DNA from: the human T2T-CHM13v2.0 reference genome, Homo sapiens
Strand: one strand, 5' to 3'
Assembly: GCF_009914755.1 (NCBI RefSeq)
Contig: NC_060938.1
DNA length: 64,000 bases
The notes under the pieces: model-generated
The model's database searches: none
What the model was told of the DNA's origin: nothing
What the model saw: the letters and a program-made list of their open reading frames with translations, nothing else
Made by a program: the position numbers and the translations under genes
In this document: positions 45,383 through 59,212 of the stretch, piece by piece
How the letters are laid out: each line of letters starts with the position of its first letter
Numbering within the stretch: position 1 is the first letter of the stretch

Positions 45383-46907
45383 ATTACCCAACCAATAAGC
45401 ATTATTTTTTAAAAACATCTTTAATTACTCTGACTCTCCTTTTTCACTTCCTATTTTATCTACATATTTGAAATCGTACTATATGAACCATGCACCTTTA
45501 TTTGGAAGTCCACATGAAACTTGGGAACAAACCAATGAGAATCTTATAAAGCTATTATTCAGAAGATTATATCAGAATTAATTTTCTTGAATCCACCCCC
45601 TTGACTTAGGCAATGGTGCAATACATTAGCTTCATATGTTTTATTTCATCATTATTATTCATGGAAACAAAATAGAGTCATAATTGAAATTTATGTGACC
45701 TGGAAAATATTTCCTTATGTGAAAATCCTGCACATTTCTACTCACCCATTTTTTAATAAGATAATCATTTCTCATTTAATAGGGCTTTGCAGCAAAGTTA
45801 AAACTTGTCTGGCTGGCAACTCATCATGAACTTAAAACAAGTTTTTTTTTTAGTATCATTGAAAACATCACTCTAAGACCACAACTTTAAACATTAAGCA
45901 TTTTCAGGCACCAGCATCATGAATTTACACTACTGAACAGCACAGTTAGGCGCTGGATTCCTTTTGATTATAACAGAAACACTATCTTTTCCCCTTTCAC
46001 TAAATGGCTACAGGCAGGCATGCATTTTTTACTTTGTGTCAGTTGCTTTTCGTTTTGGTCATTTTCTTTGCTTGTAACTATCAGCTCTTATTCCTTACAA
46101 TCATCATAGGGTTAGTGTGAAAGCTTTATTCCTTTCCTAATTTGCTACGCTGCCTCTTTTGTGAAAGATGTACATGAACTTTATCATATGCAGTTGTTCT
46201 CTCCCTTTTCATAGCTGTATTACTGTTATTTTTTGTTTTCTTTTGTTGTTTTCCTGTTCTTAGTTGTGTTCTTCTGGGCTCAGCATGATCGCTGTATATG
46301 TGTGATGTTATTTTGCATTTTCTACATAATGGGACTTAACCCAAGTTAGAAGCTGAAACTAATTTACTTATACCTAGCCATGTTCTAAGAACATTTTACC
46401 AGGTGTTCATATTTATTGTTAACACAGTGCATCTGCAGAAAAAAAAAAGAAGCAATGATAATATCCAGTTAGGAAAATAAGACAAAGCCAGAACTGACAT
46501 TGATGAAAAAAAAAGTGCAATAAATTCTATATATTTTACAATGGTAAGTCATATATTACACAGTAAACATTACGGCAACCAAAATAATAAGGAAAACATG
46601 GTCAATTATAAAACGGACAGTTCTTGCAGATTAAAAAAAAGTTGTACAAGAGAAGTACAACTTCTCTTTTATGGTTCTCAGAAAAATGGTATAAGATAGA
46701 GTGATGAATAATATCTTTGAAAACTCTCTTACAACAAACAAGAAACAATTTTGGGGGACTATTTATTTAAAAACTGCTTAGTGTAGGCTTAAAACATCAG
46801 GCCAAGAGAAATCAGCAAAAGGAATTCTAATACGTGAGGGATGAGGAAATATGATATAATATGATAGGATATGTCAATTCAGGGACAGATTTTACTGTAT
46901 TGAAGCC

Positions 46908-47062
46908 AGTTCTTAACAAAAGGTAAACATCAGACCACAATGTCTGAATTACATCCCTTAGTGATTCCAGGTATGATATTTTAGAGTAGAGACTGGGGAT
47001 CTAGATTTTTAAGGTCTACTAAAGATTCTGATTCATCCTTCAGAATGAGATCTACTGACCTA
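46908..47062. mobile_element. MER5-like hAT fragment
   Basis: gattctgattcatcc..agaatgagatctactgacctag resembles a MER5 terminus. Confidence 0.5.
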
Positions 47063-47682
47063 GAATAGTTGAAAATATAGTACATGCTCTCCTCCATATA
47101 TATCAATATCCTGAATTAAGGCTTTGAAAGATATTTGTAGCAATAACTGAGTTTATACTCCCTGACAAGTAACTCCGAAAGACAGTTAAGTACAGAACCA
47201 TATGCTTCAACAGTCAAGCCGAGACAGCCTCCCATAAAAAACATGGAGCTAGAATCTCTCACAAACTCATTAGAATGTCAACATATCAAAGAAAATATCC
47301 ATATCAAATTTTTGAAATATAAATCCAATTTAGACATTAGGACAGCACAACTCACCAACCTATGTACCTGTTTTTTCCTTCTCAAATTTGGGGGAAAATT
47401 ATTAAGAAAAAACTGAGATAACTTCATTCACACATTTTTCACTAGAGAAATAAAATAATCTTTCAAAAATAAACTTTTGGAAAGAAAATGTTGACTACTA
47501 AGCACAGCAAATATATAACATCTCCATTTCTACTTTCTCTACCTATAACTATTACTGAAAAATGATCCTAACAGTCCTTCCTATCCAGGCTTGATAACAC
47601 CTATAATTTATTCAGGACATAGTTCTCTAGGAAGCTACTAATATTTGACCAGCACTTGCCATGCTGAAGAGACCTCTCTGGG

Positions 47683-47828
47683 CTTATTCCTCCTATCTAA
47701 CTGAAATTTTGTATCCTTTGACCAACATCTCCCCAGTACTCCCCATGCCCCCAGTCTCTCGTAACCACCATTCTACTTTCTACTTTTATCAATACAACTT
47801 TTTTTAGATTCCACATGTAAGTGAGATG
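47683..47828 (-). mobile_element. L1MA 3' UTR fragment
   Basis: ttattcctcctatctaactgaaattttgtatcctttgaccaacatctcccc...ttagattccacatgtaagtgagat. Confidence 0.85.
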
Positions 47829-48454
47829 AAAAAAAAAAAAGGAAACAAGGATGGAAGGAAGAAAGGAAGAGAGGGCCAAAGTGAGGAAAACTCTCTGAAC
47901 ATCAACAGTTACTTACTCTTCACTTGACATAAAAATTCCTTAATAAAATACCCTTTGTAATTTACAGATTACTTGGGTGATATTTTTAGTCATCCAAAGA
48001 AGGCATAAATTAGGGCAATTTATTATGTGGATAATTTCTCATTAATAGATTGAGAGATCCACAACTACTCACTGCTCAAAACAATGGAGCCATACATTTA
48101 ATTTTGTCCTTGATTCTAACATTTTTGTTGCAAAATTGAGCAAAACCCAAGCATTGATGAAATGTCATTACTTCAACCTTTTAGATATCAGAAAAATTCA
48201 GCATGGAATTATATTTTTGTTAAGTATTCCCTTGTTCTTAACACTATTTGGGGTACAAGCTAGAATGAAATAATATTGGGATGCAGGCAAATCAAATATG
48301 AAAAATACAGATAATTTCTGATAGCATTATTTAAAATTTGGCAAAAATTTTAGTGATAAGAATAGCCAAATTATCCCTTTGCACTCAGTTTTACTTTAGA
48401 AAGACATTTATTGCATCCAAATGTCAGTAGTTATGTGGTAATAAGTAGTTTTAG

Positions 48455-48833
<379 letters not shown>

Positions 48834-51800
48834 TTTTCTCCTAATTTCTATTTGCAGTCCACCTGAAATTCAGTAAAATAGAATGAGGAAAGTATAGGCA
48901 GGTGAAAGTTAACATTTGTCTAATTCAATTTAACAGATACTGAATGTCAATTACATAATTCAGGCATTAGTGGGATATAGTCCTGTCATTACAGATAGGG
49001 TAGAAGAAATGATTCTAAAATCAATTCAGACATGCTAGAGACTAAGAGTAGTAAAAATAAGTTTATATTTCACTTACATTTAATTCAATTATTTCTGGAG
49101 GAAATTTATAACAATTTATAACGCAAGATCAAGCTAATTTTCTTCCATGGAGACTTTGGAAAGGTTTTACTTCAGTGAGAAAATATAATTTTGTCAATTA
49201 AAAATATTTTTCTAGAAAACAAATCTTGAGATATATATGAGTTAGTTTTAAATTATTTTGTTATTAATAAATATTAAGAACATGGCCACTTAATATGCAA
49301 CAATCTCTCTGTTGCTCAGTGATGCTTTGTGCATCCTCCCTCACATTCTCTTATCTTTTCTTCAAGAATCTGTTCTTACTATCCTCAAAACCATACCTGA
49401 GCCTACTGGTCACAGTCAGCAAAAGCTATGGCCTTTTACTTCACTAAAACAGCATTAAGTATAAATGCCCAAAGTGAATTCCATACCACGTCAAAGCGCA
49501 TTTATAGTTCCACCTCTTTCTAGCCTTTTCCATTGTGTTTCATAATGATCCATTCTTTGTCCTATTGCTATTGTACCTGGGCCTGCATCTATCATCCTCC
49601 GGCACTCTGCTCATTTCCTTTCTTCAATTTTCAATCTCCATCTTGCTGCTGATTACTTAACTCAAGCTTTTGCAAGTGCTCAAGTCTCTGTTATATTAAA
49701 AACCATTATTTCACATATCCTACTTTTACTTTTATTCATGGTCAACTTCTTCAAATCATCCAACTCCAGAGTCTTTATTTCTTAAATACTAGTTACTTCC
49801 ACGATCTGCCAAAATGTGCCTTCTTACTCGTGTCTCTATGTTACAGTATACCAGCAGCATTATTTTCATGTTTCAGTCTTCATCTACCTTAACTCATTCT
49901 GGTATTTTACATTGTTGACAACACCTTCATTTTTAAAATTTCCTTTAAAAAATATTTAAAATAGTATTACTTTCTGGTTCTCATTTTACTCATAAACAAC
50001 TCTTTCTCAATTAAAAAAAAAGTTGTAGCTCTTAAATGTATACATTTTTCAAAAGTTCATTTCCAGATCATTTATACCATGTTATCTTTAGTCTACAGAT
50101 GATGAAACGGAAACACGAACAACTTAATGATAAGATGTCTCTAAGTATCAAAAGTATCAAGATTATAAAAATCAAATATTTTCCAATTAAGTAATATTTT
50201 AAATATAATTTCACAAAACTATTTTTGTAAAACAATATACTACCCACTTATAATGCAACTTCTAAACATATAACATCTGTGCCTTTAGTTTTTTTCTCCA
50301 AGGTCAGGAAAATTAGGCAGAGAATTTGGACACATGTGCTTTTAGAAAAACAAAACAAAAACACTAGAGTTTATTCATCTAGAAAATACTATTATGAGCT
50401 TACTTTTGGAAATGACATGTTTCCTAAATAAAATTGCTGTATTACATACAACCATATATCATATGTTAACTGGTAAGTATGAATGGTTCCTAAATTATCA
50501 CCGGAAAAAGACATATCCATTACCATATTATTTTTAGTATGCAGTGACTGCAATTCAGACATATCCAATTAGGGAAGAAAGAATTGTGAATTTATTGCTC
50601 AATTTAAATTTTGTCATCATTTTCTGATGGAACCATTTGCCAATTATTGTTTCAGTGCTGTTGATCATTACATTGTAAAATTATGCTACTGTTATCACCT
50701 TTACTATGTAAATACATCAGATTAAAGTCTTTTCATATTTTGTTACATTTTTTGCTCCTCAAAATTAGGAGATAGCAAAAGCTCCTTTAACTATAGATGT
50801 TTAAGGGAGTATCAAATTTATGCTGGAAAAATTAACCAACTTAAGCTACTCAGTTATGTTTTATTTTACTCACTTATGAAATTTGAGTTTTCTGTGTTCT
50901 ATCATCATTGTTCTTCAAATACTCATACAAAGTTAGTCTGTCTCACTACAAATATATTCAGTTCAAAGTACACTGAATTGCATTTCCATTTCTGACTTTT
51001 CTGGGGTCACTGGCAGCTGATCAACACTCCCATAGAGAAAAAAGAAAAACCAATGAGATTTTTTTAAGTCCTTTTTGAAAGTATCAGATATCAGTTCAGG
51101 CAACCTGAACTTGAGAGATCAAATTCCAGGGAAGGAAAAAAAAAAAAATGAGCTTCACATACTATAGCTATTTTTCTTTCAAGTCATTGTCTATTTCAGG
51201 TATACAGCTGTAGGCTGAAAATCCAAGGAAAAATCTGCAGTGAATGGTCCAGAGTACTCGACTGGAAACACTGAAAGGTTATGTCCTAGGAATGGGGCAA
51301 ATAGCAGACAAATACAGCATTAACAAGCCAGTCTTCAATATGCTCAGCCACTGATTGGAATGAAACAGTAAGACTGTACTTTATCTATTATAAGATAAAG
51401 TAATATAAAAAAGAAAAGAAAAATATTTCTGAAGCAAGATAACCTAATCCTGAGCCGGTTTTTCATACAAAATAAATGGCAGTCAGTAAAAAATAAGACT
51501 TGTCAAGAGAGAAGACAAAGAAAAATATAGCAAAGCCAACAGACCACAGATGATCAAAACAGGTGTTCTCAGATAAAAACAGTAAAATAGCTATGATAGA
51601 AATACTTAAGAACATAGGATACAAAGCTGGGAAAAGCTAAATGAAAAGATGAAAAATTTTGCCAGATAATTGGAACCTATAAAACTAAATCAAATGTAAA
51701 GTTTACAATGAAAAAAAATTAAATAAGTGAAATGAAGAATTCAATAAATATGTCTACTAGTAGATTAGAAACAACAGAATACAAGACTGGTGAACAAGAA

Positions 51801-53355
51801 GATGGAACAATAAGCAATTTGTAGACTGAAGCACAGATGGAGAAGAACAAGGAGGAAAAATTAGGACAGAGCACAAAATACGTAAAGCTCAGTGAAAGGT
51901 CTAACATAAGAAAAATTAAATTAATGAAAGAGACAGGAAAAAGAATGAGAAAAAGTAAATATCTGCAGAAATACTGGCCCAAGATTTTCTAAAACTTATG
52001 TAACTGTAATCCACATATTCAAGAAGCTCATAACAATCCAAGCACAATAAACACACAAAAAATCCACATCTAAGCACTTACTATAAAATGTCTAAAGATA
52101 ACAAAGAAACTCTTAGAAATACAGCTAGGGCCTAGGGGGGTGGGGTGGAAGGTGGAAAGCTATATAAAAACATACACTTAAAAATACTATAAATAAATCA
52201 AAATGTAAACCTGAAATATGCAATTATACTTAGTGAAAGGAATAGGGAAAAGTACACTACTCTATATTCTAGGAAGAAGAAGTTCTTCATGTTAAAGTAA
52301 CCCACAGGAAGTCAAGACAAAGAAAACAGAAATAAGAAACAGAGAATTGGAAACAGAAGGTAAGTTGCAGAAAAGCTCTAATATTTCAATAATTATATTC
52401 AGTGTAAATTATCTAAATACACCAATTGAAACAAGGATTGGCAAAGTGGATTTAAAAAACAGGACTCACCTATATATTATCTATAAGAAATTCATTTCAA
52501 ATATAATGATATAGGTAGGTTAAAAGTAAAAGGACAAAATATATATATCATGCAAACAACCATCAAAAGTAAGCAGGGTGGCTAGATAATGTAGACTTTA
52601 GGGCAAAGAAAATTGCCAGATTCAGAGAGGGACATATACAATGACAAAAGGTCCAACCACTAAAAAGTCACAGCAATTGTAAATCTGTATATACCCTTCC
52701 CCCTCCAAAAAAAAGCAGAAAATATGTGAAGCAAAAACAGATAGAACTGAAAGGAAAAATAGACAAATCCACAATTATACTTGGAGACTTTGATATTCCC
52801 CCCTTTAAATAGATGGAAAAACTACATAACCAATCAACAAAGATATTATAGAACTCAACTAATAGTATCAAGTCAACATTTATCGAGCATTATCCCAACA
52901 ACAGAAGAATGCTTACTCTTCTCAAGTTCCCATGGAACATAGGATAGACCATATGCTGCTTAAAAACAAACCTGAACATATTTTTTAAACCACAATTGTT
53001 CTCTAACTGCAATAGAATTAAAAGAGAAATAAGTGACAGAGAGATTATAGGAAATCTCCAAATTCTTGGAAACTGAACAACACTCTTCTAAATAATCTAT
53101 GGGTCAAAGAAGTACCAAGGGAAATTAAAAAACAAACACACTGAACTGAATGAAAACAGAAGATATCAAAATTTGTAAGACAGTTAAAGAAGTGCTGAGA
53201 GGGAAATTTGCACTGCTAAATGCCTACAGTAAAAAAGAAGAAAAGTCTCAAGTAAATTATCTAATTCCCACTTCAAGAAGCTAAAAAACAGCAAAAATTA
53301 AAAAAAAAAAAAAACTGACATGCTGAGTAATAAAGTAAAAATAAAAGTAATTCAG

Positions 53356-53742
53356 TGTTATGGACTGAATGCATGTGTTTTCCCAACATTTCTTTTGTTG
53401 TAACCCTACTTACCCACCCTAACCCATTTGTGATAGTATCAGGACGTGGAGCTTTTCAGAAGGAATTAGGATTAGACAAAGTTATCAGAGTGGAGACCTC
53501 ATGAGTGGGATTACACCCATATAAGAGTTACAGAGAGAGCTGGCTTTCCCTCTCTGCTCTATTCCATGTGAGGATATGAAACGTTTGCAGTGTGCAGGCC
53601 AGAAGTGTGTCCTCACTAGAATCCAACCATGCCAACACACTGATCTTGGACTTCCAGGATCTAGAACTGTGAGACATCACCATTTGTTGTTTAGAAACAC
53701 CCAGTCTATGGTATTTTTGTTACAGGAACACGTGCTAAGACA
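53356..53742 (+). mobile_element. MLT1A-like MaLR solo LTR inside L1M
   Basis: TG...CA termini (tgttatggactgaatg ... ctaagaca) with perfect 5-bp target duplication ttcag at 53351-53355 and 53743-53747. Confidence 0.9.
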
Positions 53743-54277
53743 TTCAGAATCTAAATTCTGATCAAAATGAAATTAAGCTACAGCCAATAACAAAAATATA
53801 ATTAGAAAACCCATGTGTTTGAAACTTCAGAAATAAAGTTCTAAATAATCCTTGGGTCAAAGAAAAAAAAATCACAGTGAAAATAAGAAAGTATTTCAAA
53901 CTGAATAATAATAAACATTACATATCAAAAGTCTTGCGATACAGTTAATAGTATACCTAAAGGAACATTTACAGTCTTAAAAGCCTACATGAGGAAAAAC
54001 AGAAAATAATAAAATCAGTAATCAAATCACTGCTTTAAAAATTAGAAAAATAATTAGCATTTGAAATATAATGGTATAGAAGGAAGGAATAATCAAGGAC
54101 AGAAATCATTATAATAGAAAACACATGTACAACAATCAAGAAAACCTAGAATTCAAATGTTGGCTCTTTAAAGTAACTAAGGAATTTGAATAACCTCTAG
54201 TAAAACTAATGGAGAAAAACTGAATGATATTGACACAGATGATCAATATCACAGTCTAGTCTCACTATAGATTACAA

Positions 54278-54456
54278 CAGTGGTTGGTTGGAACCACTTC
54301 ATTCTTGCTCATGACAGCAGATTATATGCATTTCTTTCCAACTACAAAACTTGGATATTGGCCATCATCTGATTATGCATGCTATGAAAATTGGTAAATA
54401 CTATAAATCAAGTCTTTTTTTTTTTTTCCAGAGAGCTGGTTTACCAGCACATCCTG
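54278..54456 (+). mobile_element. MER63-like hAT element
   Basis: Terminal inverted repeat-like ends cagtgg..ggttgga and tttaccagcacatcctg; internal gaaaattggtaaatactataaatca. Confidence 0.65.
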
Positions 54457-56027
54457 GACCCCCTTCCCCCAAAATTAAAAAAGATAATTACAGGAATTAC
54501 AACAACTTTATATTAATAAACTTGACAACTGAACTGGCATATTCAGATTCCTAGAAAAACAAAACTAAGATGTAAAAATGTTTATTCCTAAATATTTGAC
54601 TAGTCTTATATTTATTATAAAAAGTAAATCTAAAATTGCCAGTCATTGCACAAAGCAATCTGTAAGCCCAGATGGCTTCTCCTGAGTTATTTAAAACAAT
54701 TAAAGAGAAAGTAACACTGATTTTACATAAACTTTAAGATAGCAGAAAAGAATATATCTCAATGCTTTTAAATTAATTACCTTATTTTGAATACTGAAAT
54801 ATAATTTACATACATTGAAATGTTCATGTCTTAAATGTATAGTTTAATCAATTTTAACTACCGTGATTATGGACTTTCAATGTGTAAGGTTTTTTTTTTT
54901 GTTTTTTGTTTTTTGTTTTTTTTTTAAGCAGTCACTAATTCTTGGTTCATCTTAACAGATTGTTTTGGCTAAGATGGATTTGAATTACTGGGTTGATGAT
55001 TTCCATTCTCATACAGTTTTCAGAAAAGTATATTTGTTGAGCCAACAAAGTAAAAAGAAGAAGAGAAGATTCTTTGAAAACTAAAATTAAGAAATTATCC
55101 TATAGAATCTAGAAAAGGAACAATTAAAGAATTATATTTGATTACATCTATTTAGAAATCATTGGAAGCATTTAGAATGAGCACTGACATTGGAGGAATT
55201 TGAACAGAATTCAAAGAGACAGAAAAACACGGCAAACAGAAAATTTGTCAGGTTGCTAATTCAATTAAAACTTGTATGTAAAACCACATGCAATTCAAAA
55301 TTGCAAAAATAAGTTTTAAGCATTATTTTTAAATCATAGAATAGAATGTACCCATTACTTATTTTTTGAAAAGGTTCTATTATTAAAGATAGAAGTTAAA
55401 CATAGATTTTTTTTTTACTTTAAATAATTATCAATAGTTTCTAATACTTCATAAATAAGAAAATGAAGTAAGTTCAAAAAACTAGTTAATATCACCATCC
55501 TGGGCAGCAAATGAAAGAGACATTTTATTTCTGAATATGTAGATACTCTCATTTTTCAAAGCCCAGCTAATTGGCACCATCCTCTGAGGAATTTTTTCTA
55601 TCTCCCTAATCAGAATTAATTGTTTCTTCATCTGAGATTTGAACAACACATTGCCTATGCTTCAGTTGTGATGTTAGTTTATTCTTTTGCATGCCATATG
55701 GAGAGAGTTGCCCTGATATCTTTGTGCATAAGTGTATGAACTCTATGGCCTCAGGGACTTTTCCCTTATAGCAACTGACACAGATATAGCATAGAGCAGA
55801 AATTTTTAAAATACCTATTAAAGCATCACTTGCATTTATTTTCCTGGTTTAATATCCTGATGTAAATAACCAATACATAATTTTTTAGAGTAGAACTTCA
55901 TCAGGAAATTAGTGTTCTTCAATAATTATATGTTAATACATGTGAATCCATAAAGACATGTGACCTCCTGCATTTGTAATGGGCATGGATCACGGAGCAT
56001 TTTGCTCTTATAGAATTATAGATGGTT

Positions 56028-56277
56028 GGCTGGGTGCGGTGGCTCACACCTGTAATCCCAGCACTTTGGGAGGCCTAGGCAGGTGGATCACCTGAGATCA
56101 GGTGTTCGAGACCAGCCTGGCTAACATGGTGAAACCCCACCTCTACAAAAAAACACAAAAAATTAGCCAGGCATGGTGGCGGGTGCCTGTAATCCCAGCT
56201 ACTCTGAAGGTTGAGGCATGAGAATTGCTTAAACACAAGAGGCAGACTCCACATCAAAAAAAAAAAAAAAAAAAAAA
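56028..56277 (+). mobile_element. AluS with an internal deletion of about 55 bp in the right arm
   Basis: gaggcaga is joined directly to ctccacatc and the tail. 16-bp target duplication agaattatagatggtt at 56012-56027 and 56278-56293. Confidence 0.9.
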
Positions 56278-58165
56278 AGAATTATAGATGGTTAGATGGT
56301 TAGAGCAAATCTATCTTAAAGTTTATGTACTGCAGTTTCTTAGTATCACAGAGAAGTAACCAAAGGCCTATTTACATATCTATGATGTCAGAGCTAATTT
56401 AAGGCAAAACCAGAACCAGATCACAGATATCTTGTCCTACACCTTCCTGCCTATAGATCATTTAGTCCAAACTAAATCTGGTAAGCCAGTGAATCTGGGA
56501 ATTAAGTACCTGCCACAACAAAGGAAAAAATGCTGAATTATGCGTTTTCATATTAGTATTCATTGTCTTGGCACTGTTTTACAACTGTAGGGTATCAAAA
56601 AAAAAAAAAAAACTACCAAGAGTCTCAAAGAAACTAATGAAAGAATTTTAGAAATGTTAATATTTGAATAAAATCCCTCTTTTCTGGACACTAACCAGTG
56701 CCGACTTTTAGAGCACTACTATCATTTTTAAAAGAAAATTGAAAGATTTTCTCTTGGCTAGAGTAAATATGACGAGAGACTCCATTTACTAAGTAGGAAA
56801 ATTTAAATGTTTTAATAAAAGAACCATGTTTAACTAAGCTGCCTATCATTACATAAAATTAGGAGATTTTTCAATATCTAGACAAAATTTTTTATTTGAA
56901 ATTATATTTATAATTCTTCATAAATTATTTTAATGAACAAGGATAAGTTAGTTTTACTTACAAAAGGAAACTCAGCTACCTAAATTCACATGAGAACTAC
57001 TGAATGATAATTTTTAGATTTTATATGGCCTTGACTAATTTTTAAAAGATAATAATGAAACCATTTTTGAGCTACAAAGTAATATAATAACATTCTCTCT
57101 GGTGTTTTGGGGAGGTGTAATTACTACAGAATATTAAATTGGGAAAAGAGAAATAAGCACTTAATCTGCATGAATAATTGGGACACCTGCACACAGCAGA
57201 CAGTTCTGCTTTTGGGGAATGTGAAGGCATTGGTTTTCTACAATTTTAGCCATCATCATTATAGTTTTAATAATGAAAGATTATGTAACAAAGCTATTGA
57301 TGAGTAAAAATTAAATTTGATGAATCTAAATGCTTGGGAAGAACTACACTGGCCCAGTAACTGGAAATTCACCACTAATTTATATTCAGAAATGCATATG
57401 GGCTATATTTGATCAAATCATTCTGGGAAATTGCCAATTAATTCTGATTGGCATTCTGATTAATAGCTTAAGATATATACCTTTCAACAAAAACAGTGAG
57501 TGCCCAGTTGTAAGTATACATTGTATTTTCTTGCTTATGCTGAATGTTTTAGTTATGGGGATATTTTGTATCTTTGTCTTTAGTGATTCCCACTGATATC
57601 TTCCAGTAACTACAAATTCTTTAAAAGTTTTGTACAGTCATTTGTAAGAAAGCCAGTGACAGTCAGTTCTATCAAGTCCTTCAAAATATAATGATATTTA
57701 GAAAATCATAAACTGTAAACACTATGTTAGTTAGAACTTGACATTAAGTAAGATTATGTCCACCATTACTGGAGGAAAAATACTGATTAACAAAAACAGA
57801 ATTTCCTTCAATTAAAAGAGGCTGTATATTTGGGAAAGAAAACAATGTTACTAAGAAAAATGTCTGAAGACTGAGTATTGTTGAGATTTTTTTTTCCTGA
57901 GTATAAAAAGAAGGGATTCCGAATCTGGAAAGAATCCCTAGTACATCTTTGGCAATGCAAGAATAGAGGAAATAGAAAAGGACTATTATCAGTTCAAATA
58001 TTTGGGAGAAAATTAAATATTTGTAAAAATTTGGCTAAAATTTGAATCGCTCCTTGGCTAAGAAAATGGCCCTGGAAACTTATTGTGTGGTCTTTGAATC
58101 CCAGCTCTATTATTTAAATAAAGCTTGCTTTTGGGAAGTTACTTAATGCTCTCTCTTCTGTTTTA

Positions 58166-58637
58166 GGTTTCTTTTTTGTTTGTTTGTTTGTAGATGTAGT
58201 CTCACTCTGTCTCCCAGGCTGGAGTGCAGTAGGGTGATCTCAGCTCACTGCAGCCTCCACCTCCTGGGTTCAAGCAATTCTCCTGCCTCAGCCCCCTGAG
58301 TAGTTGGGATTATAGGTGCGAGCTGCCACACCAGGCTAATTTCTGCAGTTTTTAGTAGAGACAGGGTTTCCCCATGTTGGCCAGGATGGTCTTATGTTTT
58401 TGTATTTTTTTTATTATACTTTAAGTTCTAAGGTACATGTGCACAACCTGCAGGTTTGTTACATATGTATAGCACATATATACCATGGAATACTATGCAG
58501 CCATAAAAAAGGATGAGTTCATGTCCTTTGTAGGGACATGGAGGAAGCAGGATGGTCTTAATCTCCTGATCTTGTGATCCACCTGCCTCAGCCTCCCAAA
58601 GTGCTGGGATTACAGGCATGAAGCACTGTGCCCGGCC
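58166..58637 (-). mobile_element. AluS (Sc-like), interrupted by L1
   Basis: Target duplication ttctgtttta at 58156-58165 and 58638-58647; Alu sequence is continuous across 58394/58561. Confidence 0.9.
58395..58547 (-). mobile_element. 153-bp 5'-inverted L1PA insertion inside the Alu
   Basis: Antisense L1 3' terminus at 58395-58471 plus a sense ORF2 C-terminal piece at 58472-58547 (HIYTMEYYAAIKKDEFMSFVGTW). Target duplication caggatggtctta at 58382-58394 and 58548-58560. Confidence 0.92.
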
Positions 58638-59212
58638 TTCTGTTTTACTTCTGAAAAAAAAAAGGGAATAATAATTTTTTACCTGATAACTGTATTGAGA
58701 TGGTTAAAAAGTTAATGCATATAGCATTACTGGTAGCCTGGTACACAATAAGTGCTCAATCAGTGTTAGTTATTACTATTCTCTAAACATACTGGTACAC
58801 TCAAATGTTAAGAACTTGTAATCATAAAACTTTGGAATTATAAGTCTTTTTGTAATAAGCATAAAGATAATTTAGAAATATTAGCAGTGCTAATATTTGG
58901 CATGTTTCAGTCAAATAAGTTCAGAACAAATTATTTAATATTAAAATTCATATTTAAAGACTACAGTCCTTTCATGTTGATAAACTAGAATTAGTTAAAT
59001 CATCACTTTTTGGAAGAGAGTTATAATGTTCCTGGAGGTTACAGCATATTTCTGTGCAGTTATGAAAGTGAAATTCATGCCTCATTGAATACATATTGAC
59101 TTCTTCCACAAAGGTTAACTCTATTTCAATATTGACATACTTCTTTACTTCTTTATATTAGGACTCTTAGATCCTATCCACAAAAAAAAAATGCTGAAAT
59201 AATTCTAAAATT

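Larger units (their letters stand above)
51400..54760 (+). mobile_element. Composite of old L1M fragments (ORF1, inter-ORF, ORF2 endonuclease region)
   Basis: A-rich L1 motifs: tctaaatacaccaattgaaa, gaactgaaaggaaaaatagacaaatccacaattatacttggagactt, ttctaaataatc..tgggtcaaagaa (twice). No intact ORF; boundaries approximate. Confidence 0.8.
58090..58780 (+). mobile_element. MIR split by the Alu/L1 insertion
   Basis: ttgaatcccagctct...gggaagttacttaatgctctct before the Alu; gggaataataat...cctggtacacaataagtgctcaat after it. Confidence 0.8.

Noticed and set aside
57912-57939. Short hairpins (agggattc...gaatccct; also near 15980 and 28372)
   Set aside because: Stems of 7-8 bp are expected by chance in 64 kb.
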